A stretch of DNA of 64,000 nt, from positions 1-64,000 of the forward strand of contig JAWAJB010000003.1 in assembly GCA_038888155.1 (NCBI GenBank), read 5' to 3'. Within the stretch, counting starts at the first letter, position 1, and each line of letters opens with the position of its first letter. The stretch is from Desulfurococcaceae archaeon (lineage in GTDB: Archaea > Thermoproteota > Thermoprotei_A > Sulfolobales > Desulfurococcaceae). Below are positions 48,920 through 59,098 of this stretch, piece by piece. The notes below the pieces were generated by a model that saw nothing but the letters and a program-made list of their open reading frames with translations, had not been told where the DNA came from and ran no database searches. Position numbers and translations under genes: made by a program.

Positions 48920-49470
48920 TCAGCGACACCCCTCTCGTAGATGTATATGCCGTCGCCGAAAATTCGCCTGTCGAGGTCTCTTATTTTAGTGGCCCTTTCA
49001 ATAGAGGAAGCAGTTAGCCCAACTTCCTCGATATCGGCCCCCTCAATTACTATGTCGCTGCCCTCAACGTACACTTTAACGTTGCCGTAAATTCTTGCGA
49101 TGCGATCAGCCTTTTCGCCGAGGAAATTCTTAACCCTTATAACTCTATTTTCATTGTCTACAGCTACTGACATGGGGAAGTGAGAGTATACAATTTTCAT
49201 CTTGTAGCGAAATCCCTTGGTGACGCCAGTAATCATGTTCCTAATGTGAGCAGCTATAGTTCCAACGAGCGCCTTGAGCTTCCTGTCAGCTCTATAGGCC
49301 TCCACTAGTATTTCCCCTTCCTTTAAGCTGATTAAAACCCCCCTCGCGTGAGAGAAATCCCTCTTGACCTCGCCCTTAGGCCCCTTCACTTTAACTTCCA
49401 TCTCGCTCAACTCGACCGACACATTCTCTGGCACTTTTATTGCCTCCAGCAAGTGAATGATCTTAGCCAT
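48916..49470 (-). CDS. rpl6: 50S ribosomal protein uL6
   Basis: VKGPKGE, HIRNMITGVT.GF, NFLGEK, DRRIF.DGIY. Confidence 0.97.
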   Translation of the reverse strand: MAKIIHLLEAIKVPENVSVELSEMEVKVKGPKGEVKRDFSHARGVLISLKEGEILVEAYRADRKLKALVGTIAAHIRNMITGVTKGFRYKMKIVYSHFPMSVAVDNENRVIRVKNFLGEKADRIARIYGNVKVYVEGSDIVIEGADIEEVGLTASSIERATKIRDLDRRIFGDGIYIYERGVAE

Positions 49471-49488
49471 TGGGGAGCCACCTCATAA

Positions 49489-49890
49489 CTAGTAGCAGTA
49501 CGCAACCAGTATTCCGCCTACTTTGTTTTGAACTGCCTCCCTGTGCGACATTATCCCGTGCGGAGTGGATACTACCAGTATTCCTATGTTGTACGATGGG
49601 AGGAACTTCTTCAGCCAGTTCGGCGGGTTAACTAAGTCCACGTATTTAACTGGATACCTTGGCTTAATAACGCCAATCTTGTTTATTCTACCTAGTAGCT
49701 GTATCCTGATCTTACCCCATCTACCGTCATCAATGTACTCGAACTCCCCAATGTAGCCTTCTTTTTGGAGGACCTTGAGGACGTTGAGAATTAGCTTTGA
49801 GGCAGGCCAAGTCACTACCTCTTTCTTAGCCCTTATCTCAGCGTTGTGTATTGACGCCAAAGTGTTTGCGAGAGGGTCTACAGATACCAT
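49489..49890 (-). CDS. rps8: 30S ribosomal protein uS8
   Basis: DPLAN, GYIGEFEYIDDGR, STPHGIMSH, GGIL.AYCY. Confidence 0.97.
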   Translation of the reverse strand: MVSVDPLANTLASIHNAEIRAKKEVVTWPASKLILNVLKVLQKEGYIGEFEYIDDGRWGKIRIQLLGRINKIGVIKPRYPVKYVDLVNPPNWLKKFLPSYNIGILVVSTPHGIMSHREAVQNKVGGILVAYCY

Positions 49891-49902
49891 TGCTTCCACC
49901 TG

Positions 49903-50067
49903 CTAGCTGTACTTTTTAAAGCCCATTATGTAGGCTACTTCCCTAAAGCACTGCCTGCATAAATACAAGTTATACGCTTGAATGACAGCGTCCCTAGAGC
50001 CGCATCTCTGGCATACCTGCGCCCCGCGCCCTTGTTTGTTTACTTTTGGTGGTTTGAACTTCGCCAT
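49903..50067 (-). CDS. rps14: 30S ribosomal protein uS14 (absent from the ORF track)
   Basis: [16 protein letters not shown]....[23 protein letters not shown]. Confidence 0.96.
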   Translation of the reverse strand: MAKFKPPKVNKQGRGAQVCQRCGSRDAVIQAYNLYLCRQCFREVAYIMGFKKYS

Positions 50068-50082
50068 AAGCACACCTTAAAA

Positions 50083-50640
50083 CTAGACTATTTCAACGCC
50101 AAAGAGCCTTTTAAGCAAAACCATAGCCTCTAGCCTGCTCACCCTGTGCCTCCGCGGAATATTAGCTCTCCTAACCCGCCTTCTAGCGACTCTGTAACCA
50201 GGCCTCTCGATCGTTATGCACACGTCCATACCAAATATGCCGACCTCGGGGTCGTACTTCACTTGGGGGATGCGGATGTGCTCTTCAATGCCGAAGCACA
50301 CATTTCCGAGCTCGTCGAAGCTGGATGCCTTGAGCCTGTACCCAATGGACTCAAATGCCTTTCTTAGAAACTCCTCTGCCGCCCTCCTCCTCAAGGTTAT
50401 CTTAGCAGCTATTTGTTCCCCCTTCCTAATGCCGAACTCCTTTATTGTCTTCTTAGCCCTCCTAAATGAGGCCTTTTGGCCTGTAATTTCCTCGAGAACG
50501 CCTGTGACCTTCTTCAACTTCTCGGCGCTAGCTCCTACAGATACATTAACTGTTACCTTAGCTAATCGCGGCTTGAGCATTTGGCTTTTTTCCCACTTCT
50601 TCAAGATCTCTGACTCGGCTTCGTTGCTTACAGCGCTCAT
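50083..50640 (-). CDS. rpl5: 50S ribosomal protein uL5
   Basis: KVTVNVSVG, FGIRKGE, FGIEEHI, GIFGMD. Confidence 0.97.
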   Translation of the reverse strand: MSAVSNEAESEILKKWEKSQMLKPRLAKVTVNVSVGASAEKLKKVTGVLEEITGQKASFRRAKKTIKEFGIRKGEQIAAKITLRRRAAEEFLRKAFESIGYRLKASSFDELGNVCFGIEEHIRIPQVKYDPEVGIFGMDVCITIERPGYRVARRRVRRANIPRRHRVSRLEAMVLLKRLFGVEIV

Positions 50641-50641
50641 T

Positions 50642-51403
50642 TTACCAAGCACCTTCAGGTAGCTTTATCAGGGGGCTTTCCCTCCCAATTGGGAATAAGT
50701 ACTCAATGCTAGTCTGGAACTTGTTTCCGTATTTATCCTCGAGAGTAACAGTGTGCCTCCTCCTCTTGAGTGCTCCGGCCGTTATTTCTACGATTTTGCC
50801 CACTCTGCCGACGTTTTTGCCTCCAATAACTACTGCGAGAACGCCTAGTTGAGCTGGAATGTAATCCAGTATTTTCTTGTCCTTTAGCGAGAGCAGAATC
50901 GTGCCCATTGTCTCGTAGCTATCTTCAACTGGGTTGCGTGGATCAGATACTTTTACTAGTATGTTCCTGCCGTCGTGTAGATTTAGTTGAATATGTCCTC
51001 CCTTAATGGTAGTTTTGTTCTCTATTCTGCACGGCTTAATTCCGGCCTCCTCGCTGGGTATCTTCACGAGCCCAAGCACCTTTGTTAACACTGGGATGAC
51101 TCTGTAGGTCTCAGCTGTTTTAGGTATCTCGACGAGGTCCATCACGCCAACTGGGAACTTGTAGCTCCTCCTCACAACGCCATCTACTTTGAAGTTGCCC
51201 TCAGATATTAGCTTGCGGGCCTCGCCGCTAGTCTTAGCGTACTTAAGTACATCGCGAACTAGGATCAAAAGTGGAATGCATCTATCCAGCGAGTGGGGCC
51301 CTGGAGAGGGCTTAACTGCCCACTTTTTCTCCTTCCTCAGAATAGGCCAGAAAGATGGCGCGGCTAAGGCCTTAAGATGTCTGCTTCCACCCATTTTGCC
51401 CAT
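50642..51403 (-). CDS. rps4e: 30S ribosomal protein eS4
   Basis: HLKALAAP..WPI.RK, PSPGPH, QLNLHDGRN. Confidence 0.97.
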   Translation of the reverse strand: MGKMGGSRHLKALAAPSFWPILRKEKKWAVKPSPGPHSLDRCIPLLILVRDVLKYAKTSGEARKLISEGNFKVDGVVRRSYKFPVGVMDLVEIPKTAETYRVIPVLTKVLGLVKIPSEEAGIKPCRIENKTTIKGGHIQLNLHDGRNILVKVSDPRNPVEDSYETMGTILLSLKDKKILDYIPAQLGVLAVVIGGKNVGRVGKIVEITAGALKRRRHTVTLEDKYGNKFQTSIEYLFPIGRESPLIKLPEGAW

Positions 51404-51414
51404 GCATCACACCC

Positions 51415-51834
51415 CTATTGCGCTGATGCCACCTCTTGCTCTTGCTTACTTGAGCTCTGGGCGCCTTTGCGCCTTTCAATGATCTTCAGCCTATACTTGT
51501 CAGAAAGGTCGAGCTTTATGATCATAACTTTGCTTGGGTGCACAGGGTAGTGCACAGGGCTTCCATCTGATTTTTTGCCCTGGACCCCCTCAATAAATAT
51601 CCGCGCTCGCTTTAGATCAACCCTGTTCACTTTGCCTTCGTGTCCCGTAAAACCTCCCCTCATAACCCTCACGGTGTCTCCAGCCCTCACGGGTAGCCTC
51701 TTCACTCCATACTTCTCCCTAAGCTCTCTTGAGAGCTTGGCGTTGAGGAGCTTGTGCTTTAAGTGAAGCGGGCTACCGTGCAGCTGTTTTCTCTGGGCGC
51801 TTGGTTTAGCTGATTCTGTCAACGGCAAAAGCAA
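51415..51834 (-). CDS. rpl24: 50S ribosomal protein uL24
   Basis: [29 protein letters not shown]. Confidence 0.96.
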   Translation of the reverse strand: MLLPLTESAKPSAQRKQLHGSPLHLKHKLLNAKLSRELREKYGVKRLPVRAGDTVRVMRGGFTGHEGKVNRVDLKRARIFIEGVQGKKSDGSPVHYPVHPSKVMIIKLDLSDKYRLKIIERRKGAQSSSKQEQEVASAQ

Positions 51835-51840
51835 CCACCA

Positions 51841-52269
51841 CTATATAATTATCGCGGCGAGATTTGCTATTTGTGGCCACCTTTCAGCGGCCTCCCTTGC
51901 CACTGGACCGCGTATTTCTGTTCCCTTGGGAGTGCCCTCGGGCGTCATTATAACTACGGCGTTGTCTTCAAATGCAATCCAAGTTCCGTCCGGTCTCTTG
52001 TACGGCCTTCTTTGCCTTATGACTATTGCCTTGAATACCTTTTTACGCATCTCTGGTGTGCCCTTCTTAACGCTGACAACTACGATGTCCCCTATGCCTG
52101 CTCTAGGCACTCGCCTCAACTTGCTCTTATACTCTGGGACGCCAACGACTACCACTTCTTTGGCGCCGCTGTTATCTGCAGCCCTCATTCTCGAGGAGAT
52201 CTGCAGGCCAGTATTCATGCGCCTGCGCGAATATGCTGGTTTGCCCGCTACTGCCCTCTTAGCTCCCAC
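51841..52269 (-). CDS. rpl14: 50S ribosomal protein uL14
   Basis: [26 protein letters not shown]. Confidence 0.97.
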   Translation of the reverse strand: MGAKRAVAGKPAYSRRRMNTGLQISSRMRAADNSGAKEVVVVGVPEYKSKLRRVPRAGIGDIVVVSVKKGTPEMRKKVFKAIVIRQRRPYKRPDGTWIAFEDNAVVIMTPEGTPKGTEIRGPVAREAAERWPQIANLAAIII

Positions 52270-52280
52270 TACAAATCACC

Positions 52281-52640
52281 TTAAGCACCTTTCCTAACAA
52301 TGCCTAGGACTACGAAAGAGACGGTCTTGGCTAAAGGCTTCGTCTCCCCTACTATAACCTCGTCTCCCTCCTTGACGTCTATGCATGGAGGAAGCCTTGC
52401 GCGTATGTTTCTTTTCCTCATTTCATACCTCATGTACTTCTTCACGTAGTAGAGGTACTCGTGTCTAACAACAACGGTGCGCGGCATTCTCTTCTTTACG
52501 ACTACTCCCCTCAGAGTGATGCCCCTAACCTTTAAGTGTCCGTGCCACGGGCACTTCAAGTCACTACACGCCTTCTCGGGCGGCTCTATGCCCGGTATGC
52601 CTATGTTTCTCAGCTTTACTGCAGAGCTCACGTAGTTCAC
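52281..52640 (-). CDS. rps17: 30S ribosomal protein uS17
   Basis: C.D.KCPWHG.L.VRG, KYMRYE, ETKPLAKT. Confidence 0.96.
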   Translation of the reverse strand: MNYVSSAVKLRNIGIPGIEPPEKACSDLKCPWHGHLKVRGITLRGVVVKKRMPRTVVVRHEYLYYVKKYMRYEMRKRNIRARLPPCIDVKEGDEVIVGETKPLAKTVSFVVLGIVRKGA

Positions 52641-52930
52641 CTCCTAGATATAAGCACCTTCTTAAGCCTATCCCAAGGCCTTCCAATAAGGTTATCGCCT
52701 CTAATAACAGCGGCTTCCCCGCTGGGAAGCTTGAATTCAAAAACAGCTTGGCTTTTGAACACCCTAATTCTCGCGCCGCCATGTTTCTCGACTACGAGGG
52801 TCTTTAGGGTTTCATCTACCACTACTCCCTCGAGGCCTACGAGCTGGGGATCAGAGTACTGCAGTACCCTAACTCTAAGGCCTATGATTTCATGGTACTG
52901 CAGATTTCTCCTTGTGATGTAGGGCGTCAT
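52637..52930 (-). CDS. rnp1: RNase P protein component 1 (Rpp29)
   Basis: HEIIGL.V, G.VVDET..TL, I.G..L.GRP.DRLK. Confidence 0.93.
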   Translation of the reverse strand: MTPYITRRNLQYHEIIGLRVRVLQYSDPQLVGLEGVVVDETLKTLVVEKHGGARIRVFKSQAVFEFKLPSGEAAVIRGDNLIGRPWDRLKKVLISRR

Positions 52931-53133
52931 GTTGCAGCACTCTCCTTTTTCTTCTCGCTGTTAACTACAGTGAGTATTCGCGCAATATCCCTCCTAGTGT
53001 TCCTTATCTTGGAGGTGTCCTTGAGCAACCCCATTTTAGCCTGCAGGTAGAGCTTAACTAGCTCCACTCTGAGCTCTTCGAGCTTCCTCAACCTCTCCTC
53101 GCGGTTCATTTTAAGTACTTCTTCGCGCTTCAA
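52927..53133 (-). CDS. rpl29: 50S ribosomal protein uL29
   Basis: LEELRVEL, IRNTRRDIARILT. Confidence 0.95.
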   Translation of the reverse strand: MKREEVLKMNREERLRKLEELRVELVKLYLQAKMGLLKDTSKIRNTRRDIARILTVVNSEKKKESAAT

Positions 53134-53795
53134 CTTCCAGCACCTGTACCCGATGTGTCCTTTAGCCTTTCAACTTCAGCTTGCTGAACCTCCTTTAGCT
53201 CGACCTGATCTGGCAACTTAACGCCCGGCTTAACGATTACCACTTCAGCCCCGTATATGCCTGGCTTAAGCAAAGCCCTAACAGCAGCTCTATCTATAAT
53301 GTAGTCCACGGGCTCGCCAGCCTTGTACACTTTCCCCGCCTTTAGCTTCTCATAAGTTGCTCTTTCACCGCGCAGTTTACCGCTTATAGTGATTTCACAG
53401 CCAATTGCCCCAGCCTCCATTATTCTCCTAGTCATGAACATCATGATTCTGCGGAAAGGTATTCCTCTCTCAAGGGCTCTGATTATCCTATAGGCTACTA
53501 CTCTCGCGTTCAACTCAGGATCAGTAACTGGCGATATCGATATATTGACGTTGTCTAGCCCAAACCTCGATTGCAGAATAGTTGCGATCTTCTTTAGAAT
53601 AGATCCTCCCCTCCCAATTAACCTGCCTGGGTACTCGGCGTATATCACAACTCTGTGTCCAAGCGGCGTTTTGTACAGCTCTAGGTCTGCGTACCCTGCG
53701 TCTTTAAAGTAATTCGCTAGGAACTCGTCTACAACTACTTTTTTTAGCCCGTATGAGAGGAAGTACTGCTTTATTCTAGGGCCAACACCAACCAT
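53130..53795 (-). CDS. rps3: 30S ribosomal protein uS3
   Basis: AGY, PGRLIGRGG, GAIGCEITISGKL. Confidence 0.96.
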   Translation of the reverse strand: MVGVGPRIKQYFLSYGLKKVVVDEFLANYFKDAGYADLELYKTPLGHRVVIYAEYPGRLIGRGGSILKKIATILQSRFGLDNVNISISPVTDPELNARVVAYRIIRALERGIPFRRIMMFMTRRIMEAGAIGCEITISGKLRGERATYEKLKAGKVYKAGEPVDYIIDRAAVRALLKPGIYGAEVVIVKPGVKLPDQVELKEVQQAEVERLKDTSGTGAGS

Positions 53796-53796
53796 A

Positions 53797-54270
53797 CTAC
53801 ACAACCTCTTTGACTACTACCTCAAGGTGAGTTGTTCTACGGAATTTAGGCGTAGCCCGCCCAAACGCTCTAGGCATGTACCTTTTTAGGGTAACGCCCC
53901 TGTGGGCAGCTACGTGAGCTATTATTAGCTTATCGAGCTCTAGTCCCTTGTGCTCGGCGTTTGCCTTCGCGTTTTTTAGCAAGCTGAGCGCGTACTTAGC
54001 CCCCTTCACGGGATACCTTCCAATAGGCCACTTGAATCGGCTCGGTAGCCCCCGCTTGTGGCTAACTTTTCCGCTGTACCTCCTAAACGGAACTGGTTGC
54101 TTTAACTCGGTGACATCCTCTAGGAATTTAATGGCCTCATCGAGTTTCATTCCCTTAATTGTGTTCGCTATTTCCCTCATGTACTTTATTGAGACGGGAA
54201 TGTCGGGGAGAACGGCCTTAGCTGTTCTCTGCCCCTCTAAGTATTTAGCAGAGTAGTGCCATGTCGGCAA
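53797..54270 (-). CDS. rpl22: 50S ribosomal protein uL22
   Basis: VPFRRY, GRYPVK, PRAFGRATP. Confidence 0.96.
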   Translation of the reverse strand: MPTWHYSAKYLEGQRTAKAVLPDIPVSIKYMREIANTIKGMKLDEAIKFLEDVTELKQPVPFRRYSGKVSHKRGLPSRFKWPIGRYPVKGAKYALSLLKNAKANAEHKGLELDKLIIAHVAAHRGVTLKRYMPRAFGRATPKFRRTTHLEVVVKEVV

Positions 54271-54280
54271 GTTACTGCAC

Positions 54281-54733
54281 CTACTTCACCGCAATAAACC
54301 TGCTGCTCTTTGTAGCCTTTAAACCAGGCTCACCGTGAACAACTCTCTTCGTGGATAGGCTGAACTCGCCGAGGTAGTGTCCAATCATCTCCGGTGTTAC
54401 CTTGAATTGAACGTAGTCCTTGCCGTTGTACACAGCGAACGTAAGGCCAATCATTTCCGGCAGGATTATCATATCCCTCACGTGAGTCTTTATAATAGAC
54501 TTCTTGGCTAGCTCTGGGCTCTTTATTATCTCCCTTACCTGGCCTAGGAGCTTTATCTGCGCCTTTGTAAATCCCCTTAGCAGGCTTCTCCTCTGCCTCG
54601 AGGGTAGAAGCAAAATAAATTCATCTAGGGACATGTTTAGAAGCTCCTCAAGGCTCTTGCCGCGGTACTTAAACTTCCTCCAATCTGGGGGGACATCCTG
54701 CAAGTGCTGGGGTAAACCTGGCGCCTGAGACAA
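54281..54733 (-). CDS. rps19: 30S ribosomal protein uS19
   Basis: [29 protein letters not shown]. Confidence 0.97.
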   Translation of the reverse strand: MSQAPGLPQHLQDVPPDWRKFKYRGKSLEELLNMSLDEFILLLPSRQRRSLLRGFTKAQIKLLGQVREIIKSPELAKKSIIKTHVRDMIILPEMIGLTFAVYNGKDYVQFKVTPEMIGHYLGEFSLSTKRVVHGEPGLKATKSSRFIAVK

Positions 54734-54812
54734 TTGATATCACCAGCTATAAGCACACCATCGGTAATACTCTGATACTTGCTTAAAAAGTTTATAATAG
54801 CAAGTCAAGCCT

Positions 54813-55526
54813 CTATCCCTTTCGTCTTCCAGTTCTTTTAGCTGATATGTGCCCGACTTTTCTCCCAGGTGGGGTTGTTCTTGACACTGTTGTAGGCCTG
54901 CCCACGCGCCTACCTCCTCCATGGGGGTGCGCAACGGGGTTCATTGCTACTCCGCGAACTCTAGGCCACCAGTAGCTCTTTGCCCTCCACTTGTAGTGAG
55001 AAGCGCCAGCTTTAAGAAGCGGTTTTTCAAGCCTACCCCCTCCCGCTATAACGCCTATGGTAGCTCTCGCCTCTCTCTGCGCCTCTATTATCTTTCCGCT
55101 GGGGAGCTGTATTTTCACTTTGTTCCCGGACTTCCCGAGGATTACTCCATATGTTCCGCTCGACCTTGCAAACCTCCCTCCGTCTCCGGGGTTCTTCTCT
55201 ATGTTGGAGATCTGCGTTCCCTCTGGAATGTTCCAAACAGGCAGAACGCAACCAGGGGAAATTTTAGCGCTTGGCCCGATCTCTATAACTTGTCCTACGT
55301 ATAAGCCTTCAACGGCGGGTGTGTAGAATACCTGCTCTGTCTCGAGCTCTACTTTAGCCAGCGGAACCCATCTCCCTGGGTCGTGTACGAGGTCTCTAAC
55401 AACTCCTCTGTAGGTCTTGCCGGCATCTAGAGCTGGGTACTTCGCTGGAGCAACGTGGACGTGATCTGGCGTTCTCCACGGCGATGTGCCCCTGCCCCTT
55501 CTTTGAGTAATAATTCTCTTGCCCAT
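54813..55526 (-). CDS. rpl2: 50S ribosomal protein uL2
   Basis: MGKRI..QRRGRG, HDPGR, VRGVAMNPVAHPHGGG. Confidence 0.97.
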   Translation of the reverse strand: MGKRIITQRRGRGTSPWRTPDHVHVAPAKYPALDAGKTYRGVVRDLVHDPGRWVPLAKVELETEQVFYTPAVEGLYVGQVIEIGPSAKISPGCVLPVWNIPEGTQISNIEKNPGDGGRFARSSGTYGVILGKSGNKVKIQLPSGKIIEAQREARATIGVIAGGGRLEKPLLKAGASHYKWRAKSYWWPRVRGVAMNPVAHPHGGGRRVGRPTTVSRTTPPGRKVGHISAKRTGRRKG

Positions 55527-55539
55527 ATCATATCGCCCT

Positions 55540-55818
55540 CTACATTATGCCTAGTTTCGTGGCTAGCTCTGTGGCCTTGTGCTCAGGCGCAAGTTTGACG
55601 TATGCCTTTTTTTCTCCCCTTGACGTTATTAGAGCTCTAACTCTTTCAACCTTAACGTTGAATAGGCTTTCTACTGCTTGTTTAATATCGCCTTTTGAGG
55701 CGTTAATATCTACAATAAAAGTAAGCGTGTTCTGCTTGTCTATAAGGGTTAGCGCCTTTTCGCTCTGCACTGGGCGCTTAATTACCTTAGTGAGTGGGTT
55801 TAAGCTCTCAGCGCTCAA
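55540..55818 (-). CDS. rpl23: 50S ribosomal protein uL23
   Basis: [19 protein letters not shown]. Confidence 0.96.
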   Translation of the reverse strand: MSAESLNPLTKVIKRPVQSEKALTLIDKQNTLTFIVDINASKGDIKQAVESLFNVKVERVRALITSRGEKKAYVKLAPEHKATELATKLGIM

Positions 55819-56642
55819 ATGAACATCACCTTGTACTTATTTGAAAGCACCTCTAAAGCGGACTTCGTTATAGCAGTTAGCCTTCCAGGGATCCCCCCCG
55901 GAGCTAAGTGCATTACGCTTAGATTAGCAGGTGTAGCTATATCTACTCCTGGGAGATTTCTCACAGACTTAGCGAACGGTTTGCTGTAGCTAGTTAGTAT
56001 AAATAGAACGCTTCTCGGCTCTACATATCTCCTGCCGCGCATCTTGCCTTTGCCTGATCTAACCCTTATCTTTTTGTGGCTTCTCTCAATATCGCTCCAG
56101 ACGCCAATTTTCTCGAGAAAACCTCTAACCTCCTTGGCCTTAGAGTACGAGGTCTCTACATCATCGGCTAAAATTATGGGCAGTTTACTCGCGCTGAACA
56201 CGTGTCCTCTTGCTCTAACTAGCTCTATTCTAGAGGAAGCAGCAAGTGCTGATACTATCGCTATTAAGCGCTCTCCCTTGTTCACCTCTTCGTGAATAAC
56301 GCGGTCATTTCTAGGCGGAAATGCAATGTGGCCTTTTCTGGTCGAAGCCACGAATCTAGCCATCCCGCTCGGTAGCCTAGGCACTCTCGCAAGTCCGTAC
56401 CCGACGCCCCAGTACTTTGCGCTTGTCCTCTTGCCGGCTAACGGGTCCCTGCCCTTAGGCTGTAGCATTGCTGTAAAGGCAGAGAGGAAAGCCCTGTTAA
56501 TAACATCCCTTCTCAAGGGGTAGTAGAAAAGCTCCGGTAGCTCTACTTCTCCCACTGGCTCTCCGCCGATCCCGTAAATGAGAGCGGTGAGCTTGACGCT
56601 ATCAAGGTGAGGATCCTTTATTCCCATAACGACTTGTGTCAT
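55815..56642 (-). CDS. rpl4: 50S ribosomal protein uL4
   Basis: [40 protein letters not shown]. Confidence 0.97.
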   Translation of the reverse strand: MTQVVMGIKDPHLDSVKLTALIYGIGGEPVGEVELPELFYYPLRRDVINRAFLSAFTAMLQPKGRDPLAGKRTSAKYWGVGYGLARVPRLPSGMARFVASTRKGHIAFPPRNDRVIHEEVNKGERLIAIVSALAASSRIELVRARGHVFSASKLPIILADDVETSYSKAKEVRGFLEKIGVWSDIERSHKKIRVRSGKGKMRGRRYVEPRSVLFILTSYSKPFAKSVRNLPGVDIATPANLSVMHLAPGGIPGRLTAITKSALEVLSNKYKVMFI

Positions 56643-56646
56643 GGAT

Positions 56647-57831
56647 CTAGACACCCTGCTTGCTCTCGAGGCTTAAATAAGCGATCTTCGGAGCAGAAAT
56701 TGGGAGCCACTTCAATTTAGGCCTTATTGGGTGCCTAAGTATTAACAGCCTCTTAGGGGTCCCAATTGTAGTGCCCTTAACCAGCACGTAAGGACCGTAT
56801 ACTAGCCCGTAGTGCAAGTAGCCCCCCTTAACCACTACGTCTAAGCCATAGCTCCCGATCTTCAGCACCCTCTTATTGAATTCTGTTCTCCTGTGAAACC
56901 CCATCTGCCCGGGTTGCGGGGCTTCACTTATAGAGTATGAGAAAGCAGGCCCGCGCGTTCCTATTTTCCTGCTCCCCTTTCTGTGCTTATGCCACCTAGG
57001 CAACTCCTTAACGCCAAACCTCTTAATCACGCCCTGGAAGCCGTGTCCCTTGGTAACTCCAATTACATCGGCGAACTGCCCCTCCACGAAGACGTCTAGG
57101 GGGGTTAAATAAGAGCCTAAAATGGACTTTATATAGTTGAGCGCTTCATCTAGTGTTTTGCTGTGAACCTTTACCTCTAGGATGTCCACTTTCTTCTTGC
57201 CTGTGCTAGTGAAAACAGGGGCTGTTGTAACAATAGCGCTCACGCTAGCTATATCTCCCTCAAATGTCTTCTTAAAATCCTCCTCGCTTGATTCAGCAAC
57301 GAACTTAAAGCCGTACTCGCCGTTTGGATCAGGCTTTACAAGCCCGTGGTTTGCTTTTCGCAGCCCTAGGAGGTACTTGCGTACAGCCTCCTTTGGTTGA
57401 AAGCCCCAAAGCGGGTTAGATCCATAGAACTTCTCTGTTGCTTTAATTACAGCGTCAACGGGGTTAACCCACACCTCGCTGTTGCACTTTAGGTTATTGT
57501 AGAAGTCCCTTACGTACGTCCTAGCCCCAATTACAACTACGGGCGGGGCATCTAGTATTGTAACAGGGGTGAAAACCTCCTTGCCCGTAAAAGGAGCGTT
57601 TGGTCTATCCTCAACTACTACAGCGTGAGTCATTCCAACCTTATAGACAGGGTAGGCTAGCAGCACCGGCTTAGTGGGTACTGGCGCACTGCTACCGTAT
57701 TTTTCATTGATTAAGTCGTACCAACTTCGCTCCGGCCATGACTTAATCCTTGGAGTCAGCTCCTCAGCCCTCTTTCTAGGCTTAACTCCTAGGCTTCCGT
57801 GGCGCGGTGCGTTTGATTTCCTGTGGCCCAA
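56647..57831 (-). CDS. rpl3: 50S ribosomal protein uL3
   Basis: PRHGSLG..PRKR, YKVGMTH, VTKGHGFQG..KR.G, GQMGFHRRTE.NKR. Confidence 0.97.
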   Translation of the reverse strand: MGHRKSNAPRHGSLGVKPRKRAEELTPRIKSWPERSWYDLINEKYGSSAPVPTKPVLLAYPVYKVGMTHAVVVEDRPNAPFTGKEVFTPVTILDAPPVVVIGARTYVRDFYNNLKCNSEVWVNPVDAVIKATEKFYGSNPLWGFQPKEAVRKYLLGLRKANHGLVKPDPNGEYGFKFVAESSEEDFKKTFEGDIASVSAIVTTAPVFTSTGKKKVDILEVKVHSKTLDEALNYIKSILGSYLTPLDVFVEGQFADVIGVTKGHGFQGVIKRFGVKELPRWHKHRKGSRKIGTRGPAFSYSISEAPQPGQMGFHRRTEFNKRVLKIGSYGLDVVVKGGYLHYGLVYGPYVLVKGTTIGTPKRLLILRHPIRPKLKWLPISAPKIAYLSLESKQGV

Positions 57832-57927
57832 TTCGTTCACCTCTTTCTAGTGGCGTATAAGCACCCTAAATGCGCTCTATTAACTTTACTTTTATAACCT
57901 TTTATACCTAAAAAGGTGAGGGGATAT

Positions 57928-58761
57928 CTAAAGTCCCCTCAGCAAAGCATTTATGACTCCAAGGGTTATAAGTAACGCCTCCTCTGTTCTAACGCTTACT
58001 ACCTCTTGGTTCGGTACAGTGTTCCACGTGCAGTCCACGCAGTTGTTCAGAGCAAAGGACTCCTGGCTAGATATTTCAAATAGGTCGTACTTAGGGCCTC
58101 CGAAAAGTATTGTTATATCGCTACCGCAAGCGTTCTCGAGTACGCTTAATTCAGGGTAACTGCCTGTCTTGTCCGTTGCTATTAAGCACTTCGAGGCCTC
58201 TCTGCATTTGTTCACTGCCTCCTTGAGGCTGTTGGCGAACGAGAGCCTAGGGCCTAAGTAAACTGTTCTATTAACGCACTTAACTAAGCGCTTCGCCCTG
58301 TCTACAACGAGCACTGGCGATATCCCTATGTGCTCCTTACACTCCTCTGATGCCCTATAGACTACGTCGTCTCCAATGAGGGCCCGGAGTTCACCGCTAG
58401 AGTCTATAAATACGTAACCTAACCTGTGCTCTCTATCTCTCGGCCTTCTGCCGACGTTGAACGCCTTAAGCCTTATTGGAGGCAACAATCCCACGTACTT
58501 TAAGCTAGAGGTTAAAGGCACTAGCGCTCTCCTCAAGTAAGGAGGCGTAAAGAAATATCTCCAGTGATCCTCTATTAGCTTCTTGTACTTTCCATGTTCG
58601 CTGATCTCCGTAGAAGGCTCCCTGTAAAAAACTACCTCACGCACTCCAAAAATAGACGACCATCGCGCAACTTGGTGTACCCTGATGGACTTAAGCACTA
58701 AGCTGTGTTCAACGCTGAGTATACTGGTAGGCAAAGCCACTCTTATTCTCGTTTTGATCAT
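57928..58761 (-). CDS. SPOUT RNA methyltransferase (DUF171-like)
   Basis: ALPTSIL, YF.TPPYLR, LKYVGLLPP, FGGP, NTVPNQ...VRTEEA. Confidence 0.88.
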   Translation of the reverse strand: MIKTRIRVALPTSILSVEHSLVLKSIRVHQVARWSSIFGVREVVFYREPSTEISEHGKYKKLIEDHWRYFFTPPYLRRALVPLTSSLKYVGLLPPIRLKAFNVGRRPRDREHRLGYVFIDSSGELRALIGDDVVYRASEECKEHIGISPVLVVDRAKRLVKCVNRTVYLGPRLSFANSLKEAVNKCREASKCLIATDKTGSYPELSVLENACGSDITILFGGPKYDLFEISSQESFALNNCVDCTWNTVPNQEVVSVRTEEALLITLGVINALLRGL

Positions 58762-58771
58762 TAATTACACG

Positions 58772-58885
58772 CTATTGAGCTTTAGATTTCTTAGCTGGCT
58801 CCTTAGTTGCCTTTGAGCTCTCCTCTCTCTCTTTCCTAACTGTCTCCTTTATTAAGAAAATTGTAGTTCTCTGCCTTCCGCCCAA
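58772..58885 (-). CDS. 37-aa charged small ORF heading the ribosomal superoperon
   Basis: GGGTGAT SD, TTG start, MGGRQRTTIFLIKETVRKEREESSKATKEPAKKSKAQ; TTTATAAG upstream. Confidence 0.45.
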   Translation of the reverse strand: MGGRQRTTIFLIKETVRKEREESSKATKEPAKKSKAQ

Positions 58886-59098
58886 TGTAATCACCCGTTG
58901 GATCCTATCAATAAGAAGTTAATTTTTCGCCTCTCTTATAAATTGCAATTGCCCTCCTAAAGGGGGCCGCCTAGCTGGCGGGGTGGGGCTATGTTTTACT
59001 ATTCTGCAGTACTCAATGTTGGATTGGGCAGGCGGGGCTGACTTGTCCCCCTACAGCTTCAGGTTAATATCCAAGTTAGGTGAAAGTATTTTCTTAAG

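Noticed and set aside
42480-58159. Many plus-strand ORFs across the ribosomal operon
   Set aside because: Antisense shadows of conserved minus-strand genes.
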